Positions 12,572 through 24,197 are shown, counted from the whole stretch's first letter. The stretch: DNA of 63,977 bases, filler included, from Octopus bimaculoides (GCF_001194135.2; 3 parts of 3 records of this genome joined end to end with filler, not necessarily neighbours in it), one strand, 5' to 3'. The notes: a model not told the origin generated them from the sequence alone. Made by a program: numbers and translations.

Positions 12572-13706
12572 GGATCTATTTCAAAACGGGGGCACCGGTA
12601 TTTTCTTAACGAAACACTAACGAAACACTTTGAAACTTGGGACACTGGTAGAATGTGTCATATAAAACATCTTTTACTCTTAGTCTTCTTAACAAAAAAA
12701 CGTACATCGCAAGTTATTCCATGTTAAAGTTGTCGTATTTCTGTAATTTCGACCAATCACTGACGTCTATTCAGCTGAATAGAGTTACTGCTGGGCGGTC
12801 ATAAAAATGTTATTCCCTGTGACATATTTCATCCGGTTTAATCGTAATTTATACGCATATATTGTTTATATAATAAATTACGCTGTGCGTATCTATGTGT
12901 GTAACAATTTTAGAGTTCGGATTCTAGAGTTAGGGTTAGTTTTAGGGTTAGGGTTAGGGNNNNNNNNNNNNNNNNNNNNNNNNNNNNNNNNNNNNNNNNN
13001 NNNNNNNNNNNNNNNNNNNNNNNNNNNNNNNNNNNNNNAGGATCTATTTCAAAACGGGGGCACCGGTATTTTCTTAACGAAACACTAACGAAACACTTTG
13101 AAACTTGGGACACTGGTAGAATGTGTCATATAAAACATCTTTTACTCTTAGTCTTCTTAACAAAAAAACGTACATCGCAAGTTATTCCATGTTAAAGTTG
13201 TCGTATTTCTGTAATTTCGACCAATCACTGACGTCTATTCAGCTGAATAGAGTTACTGCTGGGCGGTCATAAAAATGTTATTCCCTGTGACATATTTCAT
13301 CCGGTTTAATCGTAATTTATACGCATATATTGTTTATATAATAAATTACGCTGTGCGTATCTATGTGTGTAACAATTTTAGAGTTCGGATTCTAGAGTTA
13401 GGGTTAGTTTTAGGGTTAGGGTTAGGTTTAGGGTTAACAGTCTAGTTAGGATTAGGGTTAGGGTTAGGGGATTAATACGATATACACCGTTACAGCGCTA
13501 ACTGTTTTCGACTGAATAGACGTCAGTGATTAGTAGAAATTATCGAAATAAGACAATTTTTTACATGAAATAAATTCGAATACAAAAATTTTTTTCTGTT
13601 CTATAACACAAAATAGATAAGTATACGAAGTTTGAAAGTCTTTCGGTACCAAAAACACGACATAAAACATAAATGAAAACTGGTGCCCCCGTTTTGAAAT
13701 AGATCC
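12572..13706. mobile_element. Non-autonomous TIR DNA transposon (Merlin-like) with internal TTAGGG array; the left part appears twice across a 79-N gap
   Basis: 25-bp perfect TIR GGATCTATTTCAAAACGGGGGCACC (12572 and 13040; reverse complement ends 13706); 8-bp TSD ATAATATA at 12564-12571 and 13707-13714; internal 20-bp IR at 13223-13242 / 13512-13531; TTAGGG-like repeats at about 13395-13470. Confidence 0.85.
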
Positions 13707-13922
13707 ATAATATAAGTGGCTAGCAAGCATAAAATAACCTTAAATGTGAAATTATTAATTTAGAATCAAGGATACCAGAAAGTACACAACATTGGTAGAA
13801 ATAAGACTCAAAACGACTCAAAAACCAGTTATCACTTCTACACGCTGGTGAATTCGAGGAAACGAGTAAATATAAAAGCAAATTTACCAATAGCGTGTGA
13901 AAATCGCAAATGATTTGCAGAC

Positions 13923-13982
13923 ATACTCATATCACGTGATTTCGAATCCTGTGATAAACACTTAGTTCTCATCAGTGGGTAT
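13923..13982 (-). ncRNA. Type I hammerhead ribozyme, canonical core
   Basis: Minus strand: ATACCCA-CTGATGA-GAA(..GTG-TTTAT-CAC..)TTC-GAAA-TCACGTGA-TA-TGAGTAT. G10.1:C11.1, perfect palindromic stem III ATCACGTGAT, AUA triplet, stem I 6/7 paired. Confidence 0.8.
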
Positions 13983-14140
13983 TACTGCCGCGAGCTACAG
14001 ACACACGTATCACCATGTGTGTATTGACCATTTTGAATGCAGCGGCAAATTAAGAAAAAATGATCGATGTGAATAAAATTATAAAAATATATTAAGATAT
14101 TATTGTTAATTGCTATGCAATGCTTTGTACTATCTTGTAC

Positions 14141-14180
<40 letters not shown>

Positions 14181-14348
14181 NNNNNNNNNNNNNNNNNNNN
14201 NNNNNNNNNNNNNNNNNNNNNNNNNNNNNNNNNNNNNNNNNNNNNNNNNNNNNNNNNNNNNNNNNNNNNNNNNNNNNNNNNNNNNNNNNNNNNNNNNNNN
14301 NNNNNNNNNNNNNNNNNNNNNNNNNNNNNNNNNNNNNNNNNNNNNNNN

Positions 14349-14392
<44 letters not shown>

Positions 14393-14564
14393 AAGAGAGA
14401 GGTGGGGTTGGAGTAGTCTCTTAAAGAGACAGAAATACAATGAAGAGTTGATATTTCTCATTCTTCGAAATCATTATTTCACTCTAGCATCTTTTTACAT
14501 TATCATATGCACACATACCTACACATCTTCACACACGCATACACACACACAAACTCATACAAAC

Positions 14565-14599
<35 letters not shown>

Positions 14600-14884
14600 T
14601 ACACTCCCAATCCACGCCTCCCATAACAAGTTGCAGGCTTATTGCTCGTTATACAGACATTGGGTGAAGACTGCAATATACTTTTCGAACGTACCTCCCT
14701 GCCTAAAATCTGAACTTGCTCCTTGTTAAACCACGATGCGGTAGAGCTATTCTTTCGATCCCTTTTCATATTGCAGCTTTTACTGGTCTTTTTCGCACCA
14801 GACATAAAGCTGATATTTCTGTTGGACCCGTGATAGGTATGTATATTTACATACATACATAGATGCATAAAAAAAAGAAAGAAA

Positions 14885-15175
14885 CCTAGCATCCCGTCGG
14901 TTACGATGGCGAAAGTTCCAATTGATCCAATCAACGGATTAGTCTGCTTGCGAAATTAACGTGAAAATGGCTGAGCACTCCACAGACACGCGTATTCTTA
15001 ACGCAATACTTAGGGAAAGAATCTGACAGAGCCTGCCCTTTGAATTACTGGTATAACTGAGTGAACTGGAGCAACGTGAAATAAAGTGTCTTACTCAGGA
15101 TACACTAAACGGGAGTCGAACTCACGTCCATAAGATCGTGAGCTGAATACACTAACACCTAAGTCACGCCCCTCC
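14885..15175 (-). mobile_element. SINE family C copy (degenerate)
   Basis: Reverse complement aligns to 10174-10500. Confidence 0.75.
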
Positions 15176-15234
15176 ACATACATACATACATACATACATA
15201 CATAGGTATGCATGTATGTGTTTTATACTTACAT

Positions 15235-15700
15235 ACACATAAGTACGATATCAGCTATTGTGAATAACGAGACGGCAATTCTAATAATCTCTTCGAAATT
15301 TTTACTCTCACCTGGCAATGTCAACGGGGAGGGGCAAATCACAAGACCAAAGAGAAACCAATGAGAATTGCATGTAACTAACTTGAGAGGCAAGACCATA
15401 TTAAAAGACATTTGCCGTTGGTCCATAGACCTGGCTAAATTGTTTGGGACTATACTTCGTTTGGACATCCAGTGGAGCAATAATATGGGTGAGGTAATAG
15501 ACGATACAATGAATTTAGCCCTGAGACAGCCGAACAAAGCTGTCTTTGAATGGCCGGAAGATGTTTAATGTTGGCACCGCTTCGAAGGTGTACAACCGTG
15601 TGACGGCTGTGCCTTGTAACAAGGATTGCCTGATGCAGTGCTTCACAAGCAGTGTGCTGCAATAGATATCTGGGGCGCGCTACCAGATTTAAAAAAATAA
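15235..15700 (+). mobile_element. Fossil L1/Tx1-clade RT C-terminal fragment
   Basis: Frameshifted remnants LRGK..ICRWS..AKLFGT...DIQWSNNMGEV and TKLSLNGRKMFNVGTASKVYNRVTAVPC, matching the L1/Tx1 pattern WRGK...LLGVWFGPDLQ..KNW.EV / KLSLKGR.EV.N..IAS..YYRLTVVPC. Confidence 0.6.
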
Positions 15701-16761
15701 ATATTTAAGGCTTTAGAACGTCTTTATGGTGATTGTAATGATGTCGACGATAACAATGACGACATCGCCAGCGTCGACGATGATGAAAGTGATTGTAATG
15801 ATATGATGGCAGTGATGACGAAAATGATGACGACGACGACGAAAATGATGATGACGAAAATAATGATGATGTCAATGATAACGACAACTATGATGATGAT
15901 GATGATGATGGTGATGATGATGGTGATGATGGCAATGATGATGACGATGAGGATGGTATTGACGAAGGGTGATAGTAGCAATAGTGACGACGACGATAGA
16001 GCGTTTGAGGTGTTTTCTTTTATTAAAAGCAAAGCAAATGTAGAGGTAAAAAAGCTACATTTAAAAACAGGAAATTGAGATGCAATCGATGGCAGAAAGA
16101 AAGATATAAAAAAAGAATTGAAGAATATCTTGGAAGGCTAAATCGATACAATGTATCTGGATATGGAAGAGGAATGTGTAGATAGCTATGTGGTTCATGC
16201 ATATAAAACTGCATTTGCATATTTGTATTTGTAGTTGTTAATATATTTTTTTATATATGTGCTTTTTATATTGTTTGTTGGTGTTGTTAGTATTTAACCC
16301 GATATTTACTCTGATTGTGTCGATCTAGGATAAAATGCGTTTCAGCCATGCCAATATTGTTTACATCGTGACGTCTAGAAATTGATTTATCTAAAGTATC
16401 TTTTTTCTTTATTTACAATAGATGTGATTTAAGGACTATTTGGCTCCCATTTCTGTGTATTATATGTGTATTGTGTTTGTGTGTAAATGAAATTTTAATA
16501 GCGGAGAAAATATAGATATAGTTTAACCCCATGTTAGCCCTAAGCTGATTTATAGGAACCCCACCCCTAAAATGGATTTGCTGAAAGGAATAAAATAAGA
16601 TGTTTTTGACAACATTGATTTTCCCAAGAATATTAACGGCGTGGAGGAGTATGGCACCGACCCAGAAATCGAAACTATGTTGCTGAGTAAGCTCTAGAGT
16701 GCGTTACTTTTATTCTATAACACTATGTAAACACGAGCTGTTGTAATAATTGTTTCAAATT

Positions 16762-16982
16762 TAAGGCGGCGAGCTGGCAGCAACGTTAGCACGCCGGGCG
16801 AAATGCTTAGCAGTATTTCGTCTGTCGTTACGTTCTGAGTTCCAATCCCGCCGAGGTCCACTTTGCCTTTCATCTTTTCGAGGTCAATAAATTAAGTATC
16901 AGTTGCATACTCAGGTCGATCTAATCGACTGCCGTCCTCCTCCAAAATTTTGGGCCTTGTGCCTAAAGTGGAAAAGAATAAT
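16762..16982 (+). mobile_element. SINE family A copy
   Basis: AAGGCGGCGAGCTGGCAG...GAGTTCCAATCCC...CTTTGCCTTTCATC...GGCCTTGTGCCTAAAGTGGAAAAGAATAATT; a degenerate inverted neighbour lies at about 16985-17180. Confidence 0.85.
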
Positions 16983-17329
16983 TGTTTCTAATTTGGGCGT
17001 AAAAACAGCAATTTTTGAGTAGAATCGAGTTAGTACTGGTACTTGACTGGTATTTTATTTTGTTGATTTTAAATGGATGAAAAACCAAGTTGACATCAGC
17101 GATATTCGAACTCAGGACATAAAGAGCTGGAACAAATACTGTAATCTATTATGCTCAAGGCTCTAACGATTTTGTCAATTTAGTATCATTCATATATACA
17201 TGAATCGTTCAAATGGAGTTTACATCTGCGTTCGGAGATGTCATTATTCAATAAAAGTTTTAAAATTTGAGGAAAACATTTAGATAATTATATAGAATAT
17301 AGTAAAACATGCAATAAGTAAAAGCATGA

Positions 17330-17830
17330 TTATGTTTAAAGAAAAGGGTAGGGAAACGCCACATTCATTCATCGAGGTACCATATAATCTTGATTGCTCA
17401 ATCTCCCATCCAACCTCTCCTCTACTGTTCAATGATGAAAAGTCCAGAACGCTCCGTGAAGAGTTTGTGGGTCAGAATAGCCAAGCAAGGCCCTGCGTCC
17501 AGCGGTTGGTCGACATGTAATATAGCATAAGAGAGTGAATGACCTTCATGAAGGGTCGACTAAATAAATTCACTGAAATTGACGCTGAACCAAAAAGAGG
17601 ACACATCAAATATTGTGCCGACAGAAGAAGAGCAGGAGTTCAAATGCCAGTCGACATTGCAGGATAAATGGACGCTGAAGACAAAAGCAGATCTTTATTT
17701 TCAGTTAAGAGACCACACACCCAGATGTTGGACTCTTCCCGACTCGACAAGCAAATTTGAATTAAACCAGCTTGTAGGAGGTGATGGGAGCAGAAGATAA
17801 TCGCTATTGTGAGATGTCTTGATCATATCA
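17330..17830 (+). mobile_element. Probable fossil 3' end of an L1/Tx1 element
   Basis: Weak remnants (ETPHSFIEVP resembling the zinc-knuckle region; GWST..INSLKLTL); same strand and colinear with 15235-15700. Confidence 0.35.
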
Positions 17831-18094
17831 CGACAATTCTGACTTTTTTCTAAATTCTTAACCTTTGTTAGTATATTACATTTTAAACTTGTATTTTGTT
17901 TATTATATTGCTATTATGCAAAAGTGTCGTAAGTCCAAAACGTTGCTTTTTCAAGAAACGAAAAAATAGTTTCACCGTTCCATAGCAAAACCGTTGACCT
18001 ACACTTTGACAATTTTTGATATCTTGGCATCTGAAGCAGCTGGAAATACGATAGTTGACCAAAAGAACTGGTTATTGCAAGCAAAAATAAATAT

Positions 18095-18250
18095 TCTTTT
18101 CTACTCTAGGTACAAGGCCCGAAATTTTGGGGGAAGGTGTCAGTCGATTAGATCGATCCCCAGTGCGCAACAGGTACTTAATTCATCAACCCCGAAAAGA
18201 TGAAAGGCAAAGTCGACCTCAGTGGAATAAGCAAAAATAAATATCGAAAA
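18095..18250 (-). mobile_element. SINE family A copy (3' part)
   Basis: AAAAGATGAAAGGCAAAGTCGACCTC core on the + strand. Confidence 0.75.
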
Positions 18251-18361
18251 ATACGCATTTGGCCAAATTTGGACATACGACAGTTTAACATAATAGCAAC
18301 GATATATATTTCCACATACCTTGTAACTCTTTCGAACTTGTTTTGAATTATTCGCAAGGGC

Positions 18362-18770
18362 ATTTACTCATTTACTCGTTTCAGTCATTTGACTGTGGCC
18401 ATGCTGGAGCACCGCCTTTAGTCAAGCAAATCGACCCTAGGACTTATTCTTTGTAAGCCTAGTACTTATTCTATCGGTCTCTTTTAGCGAACCGCTAAGT
18501 TACGGGGACGTAAACATACAAGCATCGGTTGTCAAGCGATATTCGGTGTACAAACACAGACACACAAACAGATACACACACATACACATATATATATACA
18601 CATATATACGACGGGTTTCTTTCAGTTTCCGTCTACCAAATCCACTCGCAAGGCTTTGGTCGGCCCGAGGCTATAGTAGAAGACACTTGCCCAAGGTGTC
18701 ACGCAGTGGGACTGAACCCGGAACCATGTGGTTGGTAAGCAAGCTACTTATCACACAGCCACCCCAACGC
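18362..18770 (-). mobile_element. SINE family B, full length (tRNA-derived head, CORE-like segment, central (TA/TG) microsatellite)
   Basis: Minus-strand head GTGGCTGTGTGATAAG...GGTTCCGGGTTCAGTCCC, then GGCAAGTGTCTTCTACTATAGCC; highly similar to 25196-25612 and 39468-39852. Confidence 0.9.
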
Positions 18771-18799
18771 ACTTGTCAATAAAGAAAAAAAAGTTTTTA

Positions 18800-18994
18800 C
18801 CTTCAGCACGCCGAACAAAATTCTTGGCGGCATTTTTTTCGGCTTTACTTTCCGAGTTCAAATTCCGCCGAAGTCAACTTTGCCTTTCATCCCTTCGGCG
18901 TTGATAATATAAGTATCAGTTATATGGCTGGGGGTCGATGTAATCGACTATCTTCCTCCCGCAAATTTCAGGTCTTGTGCCTATAGTAGAAAGG

Positions 18995-18995
<1 letters not shown>
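18800..18995 (+). mobile_element. SINE family A copy
   Basis: GAGTTCAAATTCCGCCGAAGTCAACTTTGCCTTTCATCCCTTCGG core, ending in an (ATT)n tail. Confidence 0.8.
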
Positions 18996-19050
<55 letters not shown>

Positions 19051-19059
19051 CATTATTAT

Positions 19060-19142
19060 TATTATTATTATTATTTAGTAGTTTTATTTTTATAACGTGC
19101 TCTCACTTCACTACCGAGCGCAGCTCTGTGTGCCTTGGGTAT
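19060..19142 (-). mobile_element. 3' terminus of a non-LTR element ending in (TAA)n (possibly Dong-type)
   Basis: Minus strand reads ...GAGCACGTTATAAAAATAAAACTACTAAATAATAATAAT...; the rest is lost in a gap. Confidence 0.4.
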
Positions 19143-19242
19143 NNNNNNNNNNNNNNNNNNNNNNNNNNNNNNNNNNNNNNNNNNNNTTAATTAATTAANN
19201 NNNNNNNNNNNNNNNNNNNNNNNNNNNNNNNNNNNNNNNNNN
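19143..19242. other. Artificial 100-bp assembly spacer: 44 N + TTAATTAATTAA + 44 N
   Basis: Identical layout at 38010-38109; the 12-mer is self-complementary with stops in all six frames. Confidence 0.9.
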
Positions 19243-19620
19243 GATATGTGCATCTCTGATCATGAGCAGAAGTAGTGGGGGAGCATCATAGCCATGTGTT
19301 GAGAGGAATTCTTTGGGGTTTGAATAATTCACCTTTGGAAACATGGGTGTTTTGCTCAACATCCTTAAACAAACCTTATTCAGGGACCTTTTGAGTGGGA
19401 TGGGCTACTCGACCTGAAGAAAATTCTAACTGGGTCCCACCTGCGAGGACATGTGCTGTTTATCTTGATATGAGATCACCATGTCGCACACATATGGTTG
19501 TGATGCATGTGCCTGGTGTACCCTTATCAGACGGGTAGTCATGATGGGTATACTGGGCTTCGTATATTTTACCCCAGTGTCACTTTGATGGCATGCACTG
19601 CTCTCTCACTCAATAATAAC
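19243..19620 (+). mobile_element. Interspersed repeat family F (LINE 3'UTR- or SINE-like, ends CTCTCTCACTCAATAATAA)
   Basis: Highly similar copy at 31578-31850 and a partial copy at 27790-27980. Confidence 0.75.
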
Positions 19621-19639
19621 ATTTGTCCGTCATTGTCAA

Positions 19640-20125
19640 CATTGGCTAGGACATAACATGGGAGAAGATGGATTATAGTGTGTCTGGCTGTGGTCAATAC
19701 ATGCACAGAAGATTCTGCTGCAGGTTGTGCACCAGTGGTCAGCTGATAATGAAGGCAAGGAATTGGCTCTGGACTTGCACAGCTCACAATTTCTTCATGC
19801 TACTGTGATCCTCTTCTGTTTATAAGAAGTGGTCCCTCTGTTTGGTGCAGCTACGCCAAGCAGAGTGGTCTCCTGTGTCTGCATTTACCTGGTGTTGGCG
19901 TTGATCTGAAAGCACTTCAGTGAAGCTTTGAGTGAACAGCCTTGGAGCAAACAAAATGGAGACCGTTGTATCAAAATGCTATTAGAAACTTAGTTGCAAC
20001 CAGGCTTCGGCGTGCAAGGCAAAGCAGAAAAACCACCTGCACTGGCTTGTATTCCTCATACTTGCAGGATTTGTGGGCGTTTTTGCAAATCGTTGGTGGG
20101 ACTTAACTGTTACATTCAACATTGA
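19640..20125 (+). mobile_element. Decayed RTE-clade LINE 3' coding end
   Basis: Remnants TALEQTKWRPLYQNAIRNLVATRLRRARQSRK and the terminal HTCRICGRFCKSLVGLNCYIQH* (20057-20125), matching the RTE C-terminal CxxC-GR.C.S..GL.SH motif. Confidence 0.6.
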
Positions 20126-20129
20126 CATT

Positions 20130-20376
20130 GCGATTGACAAAGAAAGAGTAGGTCGTCAGATGTATATATATGTGTTTGTGTGACTGTGTTTGTCCCCCGC
20201 AACATCACTTGATGACCGATGCTGGTGTGTTTATGTCCCCGTAACTTAGCAGTTCTGCAAAAGAAACCGATAGAATAAGTACTAGGTTTACAAAGAATAA
20301 GTCCTGGGGTCGATTTGCTCAACTAAAGGCGGTGCTCCAGCATAGCCGCAGTCAAATGACTGAAACAAGTAAAAGA

Positions 20377-20378
<2 letters not shown>
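20130..20378 (+). mobile_element. SINE family B, 3' half
   Basis: ...GGCGGTGCTCCAGCATAGCCGCAGTCAAATGACTGAAACAAGTAAAAGAGT. Confidence 0.85.
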
Positions 20379-20448
<70 letters not shown>

Positions 20449-20531
20449 ATTGTCAGAGGGTCATACATCCAAAAGGAAGCCTGCTGTGTTAGAGCAGTAA
20501 TGAATTAATAAGTTAATTATATGGCTGGTCA

Positions 20532-20595
20532 TAGAGTGACCAATGGTTTCAGATCCATAAAGTGCTTAGCCTTACAGACAACTCGTCAGGCTCCA
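20532..20595 (-). ncRNA. Type I hammerhead-like motif with GUC site, partly decayed
   Basis: Minus strand: TGGAGC-CTGACGA-G(TTG TCTGTAAGG..CTTTATGGA TC)T-GAAA-CCATTGG-TC-ACTCTA. Core intact; G.U at 10.1/11.1 and a C.A mismatch at the base of stem I. Confidence 0.55.
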
Positions 20596-20894
20596 GTGGG
20601 CATGTGCATGGGGTTATATGTCCACCAGCACTGGAGTCTGACAAGTCATTTATATGCCTAAGCACTTTATGGATGCAATGCCATCGGTCACTGTATGACC
20701 AGACATATAGTTATCATCCTATATATATATGCTTTGAGTATATATGCATGTAAGCATGTATGTATAACCAAAAATTGGCAATATACATAAATATCATAGA
20801 AGACTCTATAGGTAACAACATATTACAGCATAAAACGGTGCAAGAAACATCATTCAGACACCAAAATAGGAGAACAGGAAGCACGTAGGACCCC

Positions 20895-20936
<42 letters not shown>

Positions 20937-20949
20937 ACTATATATACAT

Positions 20950-21101
20950 GCATTGGTGTTAGGAAGGGCATCCAGCTGTAGAAACTCTGCCAAATTTAGA
21001 TTGGAGCCTGGTGTTGCCATCCGGTTTCACCAGTCCTCAGTCAACTCGTCCAACGCATGCTAGCATGGAAAGCGGACGTTAAACGATGATGATGATGATG
21101 A
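20950..21101 (+). mobile_element. Repeat family E (RTE-tail-like SINE/LINE 3' end) with (GAT)n tail
   Basis: AGGAAGGGCATCCAGCTGTAGAAACTCTGCC...CATGCTAGCATGGAAAGCGGACGTTAAACGATGATGAT; copies at 28845-29050 (-) and 36920-37166 (+). Confidence 0.8.
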
Positions 21102-22419
21102 TATAGATAGATANNNNNNNNNNNNNNNNNNNNNNNNNNNNNNNNNNNNNNNNNNNNNNNNNNNNNNNNNNNNNNNNNNNNNNNNNNNNNNNNNNNNNNN
21201 NNNNNNNNNNNNNNNNNNNNNNNNNNNNNNNNNNNNNNNNNNNNNNNNNNNNNNNNNNNNNNNNNNNNNNNNNNNNNNNNNNNNNNNNNNNNNNNNNNNN
21301 NNNNNNNNNNNNNNNNNNNNNNNNNNNNNNNNNNNNNNNNNNNNNNNNNNNNNNNNNNNNNNNNNNNNNNNNNNNNNNNNNNNNNNNNNNNNNNNNNNNN
21401 NNNNNNNNNNNNNNNNNNNNNNNNNNNNNNNNNNNNNNNNNNNNNNNNNNNNNNNNNNNNNNNNNNNNNNNNNNNNNNNNNNNNNNNNNNNNNNNNNNNN
21501 NNNNNNNNNNNNNNNNNNNNNNNNNNNNNNNNNNNNNNNNNNNNNNNNNNNNNNNNNNNNNNNNNNNNNNNNNNNNNNNNNNNNNNNNNNNNNNNNNNNN
21601 NNNNNNNNNNNNNNNNNNNNNNNNNNNNNNNNNNNNNNNNNNNNNNNNNNNNNNNNNNNNNNNNNNNNNNNNNNNNNNNNNNNNNNNNNNNNNNNNNNNN
21701 NNNNNNNNNNNNNNNNNNNNNNNNNNNNNNNNNNNNNNNNNNNNNNNNNNNNNNNNNNNNNNNNNNNNNNNNNNNNNNNNNNNNNNNNNNNNNNNNNNNN
21801 NNNNNNNNNNNNNNNNNNNNNNNNNNNNNNNNNNNNNNNNNNNNNNNNNNNNNNNNNNNNNNNNNNNNNNNNNNNNNNNNNNNNNNNNNNNNNNNNNNNN
21901 NNNNNNNNNNNNNNNNNNNNNNNNNNNNNNNNNNNNNNNNNNNNNNNNNNNNNNNNNNNNNNNNNNNNNNNNNNNNNNNNNNNNNNNNNNNNNNNNNNNN
22001 NNNNNNNNNNNNNNNNNNNNNNNNNNNNNNNNNNNNNNNNNNNNNNNNNNNNNNNNNNNNNNNNNNNNNNNNNNNNNNNNNNNNNNNNNNNNNNNNNATA
22101 TATATATAAATATATATATACACACACACAGCCATATAAACATGCATATAAATACACTATTTCTAGGCACATCTCAGTCTCTCCTGGTAAATGGACAGTT
22201 TGCCTCAGAATCCAAATCTAAGAACACAGAAGACAAAAAAATAAAAAAATAAAAATAGGAACCCAAAAATATACAGAAAATGAAAAAACAAAACAAACAA
22301 AAAAAACTTGCTCTGTTCCCTGAAATATTTCCACCCCGTCTCCCTCGCTCCCTCCCTTCTTGCACAATCGTTTTAAACACCAATTGAACCATTCCCCCCA
22401 CCACCTCATCTCACCACCT

Positions 22420-22980
22420 CTCCTTATCTTCCTCTCTCTCTCTCTTCTCTCTATCTCTCTCTCTTCTCTCTCTATCTCTCTCTCTTCTCTCTATCTCTCT
22501 CTCTTCTCTCTCTCTCTTCTCTCTATCTCTGTCTCCTGACTCTATCTCTCTCTTTTCTCTCTATCTCTCTCTTCTCTCTATCTCTCTCTGTCTCATTCTC
22601 TGCCTCTCTTTTCCTCTTTCTTCCTCCCTTTCTCTTTGTTCTGACTTAGTTTCTCTCTTCTTCTCTCTCTCTCTATTTTTCAGTTTTCCTTTCTCTCTTC
22701 CCCTCTCTCTGTTTCTGTCTATCTCTTCCCTCCCCTCCCATCTCTCTCAATTTCCCTCTCTCCTCCTTTCTCACTGTCTCCTCTTTTTTCTCTCTCTCTC
22801 TTTGTCCTCCACTCCCCCTCTCCCTTTATCTCTCCCTATATATCTCAATTTTCCCCTCTCTTACTATCTCTCTTTTGTCTCTGTCTCTTTTTTCTTTCTC
22901 TCTCTCACTCTCTCTACTTCTCTTTCTCCTCCTCTCTCCCTCTCCCTTTATCTCTCTCTCTCTCTATCTCTTTCACACAT
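22420..22980. repeat. Long (CT)-rich polypyrimidine low-complexity tract
   Basis: Direct. Confidence 0.95.
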
Positions 22981-23664
22981 ACATACATACACACTCATAC
23001 ACACACACACACACAATAAAACCACTGAGCACCATCTCCCCCTACCCCCACCCTCCAATCCCATTTCCCCCTTTTTTTCTTTCTCCCTTCCAGGCTTTCT
23101 CCGAAAATTGCTGTATCCCTGGATTACCAACATGAAAAACAGAAACCAAAAAAAAACAAAAAAAAACACACACAAAAACAGAAGCAAACAAAAAAAAACA
23201 ACAACAAAAACCCCAAAAACAGTAGCGCCAGAGATAAGGGGATGGCAGTTCTTCTTTTAAAACAGCAGCAAAGTAGGTGAGTTCCAGTGTAAAAGGCCTT
23301 CAGCTATCACTGGGAAATTTTACCTTGGGGACCAGGGAAAATGCTTTGGTAGTGATGGTGGGGGTGGGGGTGGTAGGTAAAGGGACAAAATAGACTCAGA
23401 GCCTTTTTTTTTGGGTTTCTTTTTTTTCTTTTAAGGGGAAAGATATATATATATATATATAATTTTTTTAAAGATGACTGTGGAATATTTTTTCTGAATT
23501 TAGTGGGTGGTTTCGGGGGGTCTTATTTTATGTTACATTTTTGGGGTCTTGTAGTTTGTTTTTAAAATATATGAATTTATCTTTTATCTATATATATCTC
23601 TCTCGCTCTCTCTCTCTCTATCTATCTATCTATCGCTATCTCTCTATCTATCTATATATATCTG

Positions 23665-23695
<31 letters not shown>

Positions 23696-23754
23696 CTATC
23701 TATCTACCAATCTATCGACCTACCTACCTATCTATCTACCTATCTATTTATCTC

Positions 23755-23794
<40 letters not shown>

Positions 23795-24152
23795 CCTAGC
23801 AAGCTTTTCTACATTTCTATCTATTGATATATATATACATATATATATATATTAAACGTTGATGGTGATATTTATTTATAGATATATAAGTATACATGTA
23901 TTGATATAAATATTATAGATACATCTATCTACTTATATACATATACATATATATTTGCAAACATGTATAAGATTTTTACTTGGTCTATGTGTTTCTTAAT
24001 TTTTGTAACACATACAAACATACATACATACACATGTATATAGATAGATAGATCTGTACAGATCATCATCATCATCATACACACAGCATAAGGTTAAAAG
24101 GATATAAATAAATATATATTATGCATATGTGTATACTTATATTTTATTTATG

Positions 24153-24197
<45 letters not shown>

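Noticed and set aside
12925-12959. TTAGGG runs as a chromosome end
   Set aside because: They are short, degenerate and enclosed within TIR-bounded elements.
12572-13430. Apparent tandem duplication of ~390 bp of the MITE across a 79-N gap
   Set aside because: The copies look identical, the left one ends in the TTAGGG array at the gap, and the right contig starts one base before the TIR. This is the typical pattern of overlapping contig ends, so it is probably an assembly artefact.
21020-21040. CTGAGGA-CTGGT-GAAA on the minus strand of repeat family E (similar at 28895-28912 +)
   Set aside because: No stem II can form and there is no valid NUH with stem III/I pairing.
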